A stretch of DNA of 64,000 bases from Flavobacteriales bacterium (GTDB taxonomy: Bacteria; Bacteroidota; Bacteroidia; Flavobacteriales_F; PHOS-HE28), in contig JAEUTA010000011.1 of assembly GCA_016788205.1 (NCBI GenBank), positions 45,649 through 109,648 of the forward strand, in the 5' to 3' direction. Both the position numbers and the translations under genes were made by a program. Every line of letters starts with the position of its first letter. Position 1 is the first letter of the stretch. The notes under the pieces are model-generated. The model saw only the letters and a program-made list of their open reading frames with translations. It searched no databases and had not been told where the DNA came from. Positions 56,042-64,000 of the stretch are shown one piece after another.

Positions 56042-59000
56042 TCAGCGCAACACGGAGACGTGGCCGCGAGTGGTGATGAGCGTGCTGTTCGCGTTGCAGC
56101 GGTCCTGATAGGTGACCGTGTACACGTAGACCCCGTCGGGAACCGGTTCGCCACCTGAAGTGCCATCCCAGGACTTATACGGATCGTCCGTGCGGTAGAT
56201 CTCCGCACCCCAACGGTTGAAAAGGACCAGTTCGAAAGCGCCTTCCTCGGCACCATGTACCAGGAACTCCTCGTTCAGGTCGTCGCCATTGGGCGTGAAA
56301 GCCAATGGGATCATGATCTGGCCGTCACTCTCTTCCAGCCAGCGGATACGAACGAAATCAGCGTGTGCGCAGCCGTAGATATCCGTAGCCTCATAACCGT
56401 AGTCCCCTTCACCAACGGTGATCGCGTCGGCCGTATCGCCAGTGGTCCAACGTACCTCCACCAGATCCCCCTCGGGATCCAGCGTAACCTGCTCCGCCGC
56501 GCATAGCTCAATGTCCGGGAGTTCATCCACGCGGACCGCGAAATTCAGTTGTACCGTATCGGCAGCGGCACCGCAGTAGTTGGTGATGGTGGCGATGTAA
56601 CGGCCGGTCGCTTCGGCCACATAGGTGCGCCCTATGGTACCGTCCTGCCAAACCGCATCGTTCCCCTGAAAGCCGGCGTCAAGCGTGTAGGACGAGATCG
56701 TGCAAAGCGTACGATCCCCATCGAGGTCCAACTGGGCCAATTGGTCATAATCCACATCCACCGTATCGCGATCCACACAGCCGTCCACGTCCGCAGTGAC
56801 CCAATAATGCCCCGGCTCATGCACCACGAAGACCGGATCCGTACTACCGTCCTGCCATTCCAGTATAGCGCCGGTAGCCGTGAGGTCCAGGACCAACGAA
56901 TCCGTCCCACAGAGCGTCGTGTCAGGCCCAAGGCCAACAGACAAAGGCTCTACGAACGAAGCGGTGATGTCATCGGTAGCCGTGCCACATGTGTTCGTTA
57001 CCGTTATGGAATACGTTCCATCCACTCCCACGAGCAACGTGGGCGTATCGCTGCCATCTGACCAGATCAACTCGTCAACATCGACCAGAACAGGATCCAA
57101 CTCCAACACCTCTCCAAGGCACAAGGATGTGTCTGAGGGCAAGGTCACTTGTGGCAGAGAGCGCCCCAAGACCGTGATGGAGTCCGTGTCGGTACATCCT
57201 GAAAGTTCCACATCCACCCAGTAATCCCCCGCCGCGCTCACCATGAAGGTAGAAGCTGTTGAACCATCGGACCATGTCAGGTCCCAACCGGGCAAGTCCA
57301 CACTCAGTTGGATCGTCTCACCGTCGCAAATGATGGTGTCAGGACCCAAGTCCACCGTTTGACCATCAATGATGGTAACGGTGATCTCATCGGTCGCAGA
57401 ACCACATGCATTGCTCACTTCCAATGTAACGGTCCCGGATCCCTCCACGATGAACGTTGCATCGGTGGAACCGCCCGTCCATAGATAATCCAACACATCG
57501 GTCACTTCAGGTATGATCTCGATGGGATCGCCCGTACAGGAAGCGGTATCCGGCCCGAGCAGGACGGTTGGAAGCGCCGCCAGTGAGACTTCGATCGTAT
57601 CCTGTGCGGAACAATCCCCGTCGATGGCCTCGACCCAGTAGGTCCCTGCATCGCTCACCAGTAAGGTCGGGTCGGTGCTCCCATCGGACCATGTGAAGGT
57701 CCACGTACCGGTGAGCGGTTCCAAGCTGAGTTGCGCGCCTTCACAAATAGCGGTATCCGGCCCCAAGTCTATCCCATCGATCTCACCAGCGGTCACTACG
57801 ATAGTATCGGAACCGATGCAACAACCCAGGTTCACACGGACCCAATACGTTCCACTTCCGTTCACATCGAGTGTCTGTCCGGTGCTCCCATCCTGCCATT
57901 CGTAAACCGCGTTCGGTATGCCCGCGTCCAGCGTCAACACCCCACAAACAGCCGTGTCGTTACCTAGATCCACCTCCACTTCGCACAGGTCTACTATGCC
58001 GGCATCCACTGCAATGGGCGCACTCTGGTCCGTGGCTACTGGAAAAGGGAACAATAGCGCTGCCGTTGGAAAATTGAACGTCGGAAGAACTGTTGTGATG
58101 GCGTTGCGGTCAGTTACGACGTCGCATGTGATCTGTCCATCCACATCCGTCCGGATAAGCAATAGATCGAGGTCACCGGCCCCTTGATCCACCATACCCG
58201 TAAGCAGAAACCCGTCGCCGAGATCGGCTACGTTATGCGCATAAAAGTCCACCAGCGAATGCGCTTGGACAGGATCACCATAAGTCCGACACCAGAGCAT
58301 CGTGCCGGAAGTCGAAATACCCATGAGGAACAACTTATTCGGCGTCGATGTACTCGTGCGCCCGGCCAGCACATACCCGAACGACGTGCTCAGTAGTCTA
58401 GTACCGTGCTCCTGACCACTTCCCCCGATGTTAAAGTCCCTAGCCCAAGCAACATTGCCCAGCGTGTCGCAACGGATGAGGCCCGCTGTCCATGTCGTGG
58501 ATGAACCATTGATATCTCCGTAATATGCTATCGTGAGTGAATCATCCTTCATCACAACATCCGTGGGATAAACCCGGCGATCCTGAAAATCAGAGAAGAC
58601 CAGGTAGTTGTTGTCGATGAAGTTCCCCAGCAGATCATAAGAGGACAATCCTACCCTGCGACCTTGAACGGGAGGACCATTTACGGACATCCCCGACACG
58701 GTGTAGAATTTGTCGTTGTGACGCAACCCCGCCCGCACCTCATCCACGTAGGAGTTGGGCGAATACAGGTCGTACCGATCAGAAAGTGCGATGACATTAC
58801 CTGTGGCCGCATCGATGCGCGCATTCATCACATCACTGTAAGTGAAGGGGAATGGTTCGGAGATCCCACCAATGACCATGTACTCACCGGCATTCACCAC
58901 CATGATGCGCCGCTCGTACATCGTGGGGTTGTCCCAAGAACGCAACCAGATCAGGTTGCCAGTGGCATCCATCCGAAAATGGAACCCTTCCACCTGTTGT

Positions 59001-59317
59001 TGAGTGGCATCCAGGCCTGATCCACACCCGATGATATCCCCCTCTGGCGTATCGGCCAAGTGATATACCACCTTGGGCCATTGCCCTGTTGGCCGGAATG
59101 CCCTTGACCAAAGGACTGCACCATCGCCATCGATGCGCTGAACCAACGCGCTGTCATTGACACTACCCGCTATGTATATGCCGCCGGATGTCGAAACATG
59201 CGATACGAATCCGGCTTCAGCGCGGCCTGGATCACCGATGACCTTCAAGAAGGTCTGCGCGTTTCCTGTAAGAGCCCATACCAGACCCGTTAGTACCAAT
59301 AATGAACGCCGCAACAT
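56042..59317 (-). CDS. T9SS type B CTD surface protein: N-terminal propeller-like region plus about 8 'LGPD' Ig-like repeats
   Basis: Signal ending NA-Q; repeats LGxDTxxC...W(S/Q)DGST...GxYxV; IPLAFTPNGD...FNRWG...GHVSVLR. Confidence 0.88.
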   Translation of the reverse strand: MLRRSLLVLTGLVWALTGNAQTFLKVIGDPGRAEAGFVSHVSTSGGIYIAGSVNDSALVQRIDGDGAVLWSRAFRPTGQWPKVVYHLADTPEGDIIGCGSGLDATQQQVEGFHFRMDATGNLIWLRSWDNPTMYERRIMVVNAGEYMVIGGISEPFPFTYSDVMNARIDAATGNVIALSDRYDLYSPNSYVDEVRAGLRHNDKFYTVSGMSVNGPPVQGRRVGLSSYDLLGNFIDNNYLVFSDFQDRRVYPTDVVMKDDSLTIAYYGDINGSSTTWTAGLIRCDTLGNVAWARDFNIGGSGQEHGTRLLSTSFGYVLAGRTSTSTPNKLFLMGISTSGTMLWCRTYGDPVQAHSLVDFYAHNVADLGDGFLLTGMVDQGAGDLDLLLIRTDVDGQITCDVVTDRNAITTVLPTFNFPTAALLFPFPVATDQSAPIAVDAGIVDLCEVEVDLGNDTAVCGVLTLDAGIPNAVYEWQDGSTGQTLDVNGSGTYWVRVNLGCCIGSDTIVVTAGEIDGIDLGPDTAICEGAQLSLEPLTGTWTFTWSDGSTDPTLLVSDAGTYWVEAIDGDCSAQDTIEVSLAALPTVLLGPDTASCTGDPIEIIPEVTDVLDYLWTGGSTDATFIVEGSGTVTLEVSNACGSATDEITVTIIDGQTVDLGPDTIICDGETIQLSVDLPGWDLTWSDGSTASTFMVSAAGDYWVDVELSGCTDTDSITVLGRSLPQVTLPSDTSLCLGEVLELDPVLVDVDELIWSDGSDTPTLLVGVDGTYSITVTNTCGTATDDITASFVEPLSVGLGPDTTLCGTDSLVLDLTATGAILEWQDGSTDPVFVVHEPGHYWVTADVDGCVDRDTVDVDYDQLAQLDLDGDRTLCTISSYTLDAGFQGNDAVWQDGTIGRTYVAEATGRYIATITNYCGAAADTVQLNFAVRVDELPDIELCAAEQVTLDPEGDLVEVRWTTGDTADAITVGEGDYGYEATDIYGCAHADFVRIRWLEESDGQIMIPLAFTPNGDDLNEEFLVHGAEEGAFELVLFNRWGAEIYRTDDPYKSWDGTSGGEPVPDGVYVYTVTYQDRCNANSTLITTRGHVSVLR

Positions 59318-59322
59318 GGGTG

Positions 59323-59943
59323 TCAAACTACGCGGTTCTTGTTGAAGATGTCACGGCCATCGAAGCACTGCATCTTGGCATCCAAGATGGAGTGGATGAT
59401 GTAAAGGTGCAGGATCTCCACCAGCCCATAACTACTGCTGGCCACATGGAAATTGATATCCCCTTGTGAATGAAGGGGGTTGGCCGGGTCGAACCCGCTG
59501 AAGGTGACCACTCTGCACCCCGCCGTTCGGGCGGCTTTGGCGGCGTTCAAGATGTTCGGCGAGGCTCCGCTGCTGCTGATGGCGAAGACCAGATCCTCCG
59601 GATCCGCGAACCGTTCGATGGGGGCCGAGAAGAGGTTCTCGAAACCCAGGTCGTTGCCGATGCAGGTGAGCAAACTGGCATCGTTGAAGGCCACCGCGCG
59701 GATGCCTCCGTTCTTCCAGTAATCAACGGCCTGGTGACTGGCGATACCGGCACTTCCGCCATTGCCTACCATGATCACCTTGCGGCCCGCTGCCTGAGCA
59801 ACACGAACCAACTCCACCGCATGCTCTATCGCTTTGGCGTAAGGCAGTGGACCGTTGGCATTGCTCCCGCTGATGCCATCGATGAGCCCATGGATGGCGC
59901 CGGTGTAGCGCGTGATGAATTCGGGGACGGAAGGTGCGCTCAT
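59323..59943 (-). CDS. gmhA: SIS-domain phosphosugar isomerase (GmhA-like)
   Basis: GNGGSAGIASH, TCIGND, ISSSG.SPN, YGLVE..H; ATGA coupling. Confidence 0.82.
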   Translation of the reverse strand: MSAPSVPEFITRYTGAIHGLIDGISGSNANGPLPYAKAIEHAVELVRVAQAAGRKVIMVGNGGSAGIASHQAVDYWKNGGIRAVAFNDASLLTCIGNDLGFENLFSAPIERFADPEDLVFAISSSGASPNILNAAKAARTAGCRVVTFSGFDPANPLHSQGDINFHVASSSYGLVEILHLYIIHSILDAKMQCFDGRDIFNKNRVV

Positions 59944-61454
59944 TTCAACAGGTGCTTCACGAACTTCAACAGATCCTTCTTGTACACCGGGTGCTCGTTC
60001 CCGATTATCTCGACGGCCAGTGAACCGGTGCAGTTGCCCACGAAACCGATGACGGCCGGGTCCATGCCTGCTTTGGCACACAGAGCGGTCACACTTAGTA
60101 CCGCATCGCCGGCGCCAACGCTGTCCTTGATGCGTGTGGCAAAGGCCGGCGTCAACGATTGCGCCTTGCCACGGCGGTAGATGCTACCCTTCTGGCCCAG
60201 GGTGATCTGCACTTCGTTGGCGTGCGTGATCTCCTGCAACTGGTCGATCAATCCATCCAGTGGTTCACGTTTCGCGCCGAACGGCAGGCGCAATTCGGCC
60301 TCGTCGATGCTGATGTAATCCACGCGGCCGTACTTCGTGATGTAGTTGTAGCCGTAGTTGTTGCTGTTGGTCTGCGCGTTAACCACCAAGTACTTGCCGC
60401 TCTTCTGCAAGAGGTCGATGATGGCAGGGCTCATCACACCATGACCGAAGTCGGCGACGAGCGCGAGGTCACAATCGGGCAACTTCTTCTTCAGCGCTTC
60501 CATGATGTCCGCTTCCAACGCACCGCTCACGGGTTCGTCGTTCATGAAGGTGACCTCGAAGAGTTTGATGCTGAGGTAATGGTCCAGGTAGCGACGCTTG
60601 ATCGGCGTGGGGCCATCCGGACGAACGAAGTAGGTGCGCTGAACCCCAGGGCTCAGCTTCTCCTCGATCATCTCACGGCGTTCATCCTTCGCACCCAGAC
60701 AGGTGATCAGATCAACGCTTCCGGCGAACTGCTCCAGGTGGTTTGCGATCGCGAGCACACCACCGGCGTAGGCTTCTTCGCGCAACAGGATGCTGCTGAT
60801 CGTGGGCGACTTGCTGCTCTTGCCGAGGGGACGGCAGTAGTGGTACTCGTCGATGATCGTATCACCGATCACGAGCACTTTCAATTTCTTCAGCGCCTCG
60901 AGATCGGCGACGATGGCATCGGCATCGAAGCGTTTGCGGAAACCAGCGAGGAAACTCTGTACACTGTCATCCAGCGGACTGAAGTGCGCGTTGATGAGCG
61001 TGCTACTGCTGAACTGGATCTCTTCGGTGAAGTGGAGCTTCCCTCCCACTGCGATCGCGGCGGCTTCCTCCTTCGCGATCATCCCGGTCACGTCCTTCGA
61101 ACGGTCTTTGTAGTCCTGGCCCTTCACGTAGAGATCGGGCTTCAGGAGCTTGATCGTCTCGATGGCGGTTTCCCATTTGTTCAGGCCAACGTAGTCCACC
61201 GCACCGAGCGCCGCGATCGCTTCCATGCGCAGGCTTTCGGTGAAAACAGGGCGGCCCGGGCCTTTGTTCACGAACCGATCCGGTGTGACGGTCACGATGA
61301 GCACATCAGCGTCCTTCTTCGCGGCTTCGAAGTGTTTCATGTGCCCCAGGTGGAGCAGGTCGAAACAGCCGTGGCACAGCGCGACACGTTTGCCTGCGGC
61401 CTTATGCTTCGCGATGACGGAAGCGAGTTCGTCGAGGGGAAAGATCTTGTTCAT
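59940..61454 (-). CDS. Bifunctional nucleotidyltransferase / PfkB sugar kinase (HldE-like, reversed domain order)
   Basis: N-terminal GCFDLLHLGH, KGPGRP, YVKGQDY; C-terminal IGDTIIDEY, DFGHG, DSVGAGD. Confidence 0.88.
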   Translation of the reverse strand: MNKIFPLDELASVIAKHKAAGKRVALCHGCFDLLHLGHMKHFEAAKKDADVLIVTVTPDRFVNKGPGRPVFTESLRMEAIAALGAVDYVGLNKWETAIETIKLLKPDLYVKGQDYKDRSKDVTGMIAKEEAAAIAVGGKLHFTEEIQFSSSTLINAHFSPLDDSVQSFLAGFRKRFDADAIVADLEALKKLKVLVIGDTIIDEYHYCRPLGKSSKSPTISSILLREEAYAGGVLAIANHLEQFAGSVDLITCLGAKDERREMIEEKLSPGVQRTYFVRPDGPTPIKRRYLDHYLSIKLFEVTFMNDEPVSGALEADIMEALKKKLPDCDLALVADFGHGVMSPAIIDLLQKSGKYLVVNAQTNSNNYGYNYITKYGRVDYISIDEAELRLPFGAKREPLDGLIDQLQEITHANEVQITLGQKGSIYRRGKAQSLTPAFATRIKDSVGAGDAVLSVTALCAKAGMDPAVIGFVGNCTGSLAVEIIGNEHPVYKKDLLKFVKHLLK

Positions 61455-61460
61455 AGGAGA

Positions 61461-61646
61461 TGGAACGCTGATGACGCGGATGAAGCAGATCTACCCTGAT
61501 AATTCAAACTCCCCTTGTCGGACGTGCCTGCAACTACCACCATCCCAGAAAATCTCAGATCCGTGTTCACCAGCTCGATCAGCGTTATCCGTGTTCTATT
61601 CATCTCAGATCCGTGTTCATCAGTCTCATCAGCGCTATCTGCGTTC
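61461..61646. repeat. Intergenic repeat cluster: two 45-bp direct copies plus one degenerate inverted copy
   Basis: 61552-61596 and 61602-61646 match at 37/45 by hand count; 61461-61500 carries the same GAT-periodic unit in the opposite orientation. Confidence 0.8.
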
Positions 61647-61652
61647 CCAATA

Positions 61653-62639
61653 TCATCCGAGGTATTTGAACCAGTCCTTCGTTGCTTCTGCGATGCTGCC
61701 CGGTTCCCACACGGGCGCTTCACGCCAGTAGTCGATGTTGGCGAGCATGGTCTTCACACCCTCCTCGAACTTCACTTTCGGCTTCCAGCCCAGTTCCTGC
61801 TGGATCCGTTTGGTGTCCGCGAAGGTCTGATCGGGTTCGCCGGGACGTTTCGGGATGTAGATCTTCTCGCCGCCGAGCAGGTCGCAAAGCAGGTTCACGC
61901 TGTACGTGCTTCCACTGCCCACATTGAAGATGCGGCCGGAGACATCATCGCGTTCACTGGCGGTGACGCAGGCATCGGCCACGTCGCTCACGAAGGTGAA
62001 GTCGCGCGTTTGCTGACCATCACCCACCACGGTGAATGGTTTGCCCGCGAGCTTTTGCGCCAGGAACACACCGAACACCGCACCGTACGTGCCGCTGGTG
62101 CGGGAGCGCGGACCGTACACGTTGAAGAAGCGCATGCTGGTGATGTTCATCTTGTACACGCTGGCCCAGTACATTGCGTACTCTTCGCCGAGGTACTTCG
62201 TCACCGCGTAAGGATACTGGCAACGGATGGGCGCGGTCTCTGGCGTCGGGTAGACATCAGGGATGCCATAGCAACTGGAAGATGCCGCGTAGATCACGCG
62301 CTTCACGCCGTGCTTGCGACAGGCCTCCAACACGCTCACCGTGCCGTTCACGTTGCTGTGGTGGTACTTCAACGGTTGTTCGATGCTCGGCACGATATCC
62401 GCCAGCGCCGCGAGGTGATACACGCGATCAATGCCCTTGAACAAGGGTTCGATGCGCGCGTGATCGGCGATGTCCGCGATGTGGACGTGCAGCTTCGGCT
62501 CGTTCTTCAGATGATCGAGGTTGCGCGCATGGCCACTGCTGAGGTTGTCGATCACGTGCACCTCGTGGCCGTCGTGCAGCAATCGTTCCACCAACCAACT
62601 CCCGATGAAGCCGCAGCCTCCTGTCACCAACGTTCTCAT
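61653..62639 (-). CDS. NAD-dependent nucleotide-sugar epimerase/dehydratase
   Basis: TGGCGFIGS, HLAALADIVPS, YAVTK, RFFNVYGPR, RDFTFV. Confidence 0.9.
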   Translation of the reverse strand: MRTLVTGGCGFIGSWLVERLLHDGHEVHVIDNLSSGHARNLDHLKNEPKLHVHIADIADHARIEPLFKGIDRVYHLAALADIVPSIEQPLKYHHSNVNGTVSVLEACRKHGVKRVIYAASSSCYGIPDVYPTPETAPIRCQYPYAVTKYLGEEYAMYWASVYKMNITSMRFFNVYGPRSRTSGTYGAVFGVFLAQKLAGKPFTVVGDGQQTRDFTFVSDVADACVTASERDDVSGRIFNVGSGSTYSVNLLCDLLGGEKIYIPKRPGEPDQTFADTKRIQQELGWKPKVKFEEGVKTMLANIDYWREAPVWEPGSIAEATKDWFKYLG

Positions 62640-63667
62640 GCCTTGCCTTTCAATTTCTTCAGTGTGCGTTTGAACCCGCCGCCGGTCAAGGTGTCCACGT
62701 CCACCACGGCCTGCTCCAGTTTCTGTTTCCAGGTGCGCGTGCGCGAGGCGATAACTTCCGGCAGCGCCTTGCGCCAGATGCGCGGAATGCCATGGATCTC
62801 CACATCGTTGATGATGTGCGCGCGGAACTCGAGGTCGAAGTCGTTCGCGCCGAGATGCGCCTCCACGTCGAAGTTGTCGGTGGGCTTCCAGGTGTAGGCG
62901 TGGTCTCGGATGTAGAGCGCACCACCGGGCTTCAGCACCCGCTTGAACTCATCGACCATGTGGCGTACCAGGCGACTGTTCAGCTCCGGCAGCACTTGCA
63001 CGCACATCACCAGATCCACCGATCCGTCAGGGATCAAGTCGCTGCGCCAGGTGGGAATGTGTTGGATGCCGCCTCTGCGCTCGAAGCGGTATGTGTCCGG
63101 GGCATCGATGTAATCCACGAACGGCACACCAAGTCCTTTGTAGTACAGGTGCTGCAGGCAGTACGAATTCACGATGGCGTCCATGCCGATGTAGCAAAGA
63201 TCCGCATCCTGTGTGGCCCAAAGGTTCGCCTGACGGCCGTAGCCCGCTCCGAAGTCGAGCACCGTCCGGATGCGCGCACGCTCCGGCACCGGATACGACT
63301 GCGGCAACAGATGATCATGAGCGTTGTTCAAACCGACGCGCCTGTCGTAGATCGAACCATCCAGATCCAACCCAAGTGATCCCGTGATCCGTTCATCGTT
63401 CGCGCGACTGGCTTTCACCAACGCCTCGACCCGCACATCGTTGATGTAGTCCGGATAGTCCGTGCGGAACCAGCTCATCCACTTCAGCAGATCCTCCGCC
63501 CCTCCGAATTTGAAGAAGTCGCTGACCACACCATCCTCGTACGTGCGTTTGCGCTTCTTCAATCCCACCTGATAGTCCCAGCGCGTCATCCATTCCGGAG
63601 CGTGCGAACGGTCCTTCTTCAACGCTTCGTGGAAGCGCGCTTCAAGGGCCTGTTCTTCTGGACGCAT
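62636..63667 (-). CDS. Class I SAM methyltransferase (putative sugar O-methyltransferase)
   Basis: VLDFGAGYGRQANLW, LKPGG. Start ATG 63667. Confidence 0.8.
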   Translation of the reverse strand: MRPEEQALEARFHEALKKDRSHAPEWMTRWDYQVGLKKRKRTYEDGVVSDFFKFGGAEDLLKWMSWFRTDYPDYINDVRVEALVKASRANDERITGSLGLDLDGSIYDRRVGLNNAHDHLLPQSYPVPERARIRTVLDFGAGYGRQANLWATQDADLCYIGMDAIVNSYCLQHLYYKGLGVPFVDYIDAPDTYRFERRGGIQHIPTWRSDLIPDGSVDLVMCVQVLPELNSRLVRHMVDEFKRVLKPGGALYIRDHAYTWKPTDNFDVEAHLGANDFDLEFRAHIINDVEIHGIPRIWRKALPEVIASRTRTWKQKLEQAVVDVDTLTGGGFKRTLKKLKGKA

Positions 63668-64000
63668 CAGTTCTTGTCGGCAGTGATGCGTACGCTGAAG
63701 GTCTTCGTCGGCCAACCCACTTCGGGGTAGCTCGCTTTCACCGCTTCAGGCAGATAGACCGCGCAGAGCGTGTTGCTCACGTGGTAGATGCGCTTGCGGT
63801 GTTCGTCGCTCGGTGCACCGTCGAGGATCCCACGGAACACCTGCCAGTTGGGTTTCTCGTAACCGAGGCCGTAGTCGTGCCACACGATGATCGACTTGTC
63901 ATCCTTCAACAACGTGAACGCGTTGCGCGTGTCGATAGTGACGCCGGGATACTGGTGATCGGCATCCACGAAGATCATGTCACAGGTGCCCTTCAGCGCG
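63667..64000 (-). CDS. Class I SAM methyltransferase, C-terminal part; start lies beyond the window
   Basis: DMIFVDADHQY...IVWHDY; frame open to the window edge. Confidence 0.75.
   Translation of the reverse strand, partial: ALKGTCDMIFVDADHQYPGVTIDTRNAFTLLKDDKSIIVWHDYGLGYEKPNWQVFRGILDGAPSDEHRKRIYHVSNTLCAVYLPEAVKASYPEVGWPTKTFSVRITADKN

Noticed and set aside
61552-61646. Possible CRISPR mini-array
   Set aside because: Only two diverged copies with a 5-nt gap, no spacer-sized unique sequence and no cas genes.
61451-61723. 90-aa ORF across the repeat cluster
   Set aside because: Its sequence is a translation of the repeat and it overlaps the epimerase gene out of frame.
26195-62897. Further long antisense ORFs (26195..27619, 30086..31468, 60159..61499, 61515..62897)
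   Set aside because: Same shadow-ORF artefact opposite well-supported genes.

Overview
A 64-kb GC-rich chromosomal window from a Bacteroidota bacterium, probably Flavobacteriales-like (T9SS sorting domains, TAnnTTTG promoters, Bacteroidota-style men operon). In order, it holds: an MbnP-family protein with two di-heme peroxidases; AddA-like and AddB-like repair genes about 6 kb apart; five T9SS cargo proteins; an orphan OmpR-type regulator; menI-F-D-B-(orf)-A-C-E; rluD/PASTA/ddl/rdgB; a roughly 19-kb surface-glycan region; rlmH/nadC/yihY; an M1 peptidase; and the end of a heptose/higher-sugar nucleotide operon. I saw no rRNA, tRNA, CRISPR array or transposase. The best leads are: (1) an M1 aminopeptidase fused to an Omp85-like barrel; (2) a GCAACC-N15/16-CGT(C/T) ECF-type promoter found at five sites, one of which appears to drive an unannotated ~90-nt sRNA; (3) an Arn-like lipid-carrier glycosylation module using a possibly methylated 3-amino-deoxyhexose; (4) MbnP with two peroxidases. 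All calls were made by eye from motifs, and no database searches were run. Many start codons were shortened relative to the supplied ORF track.
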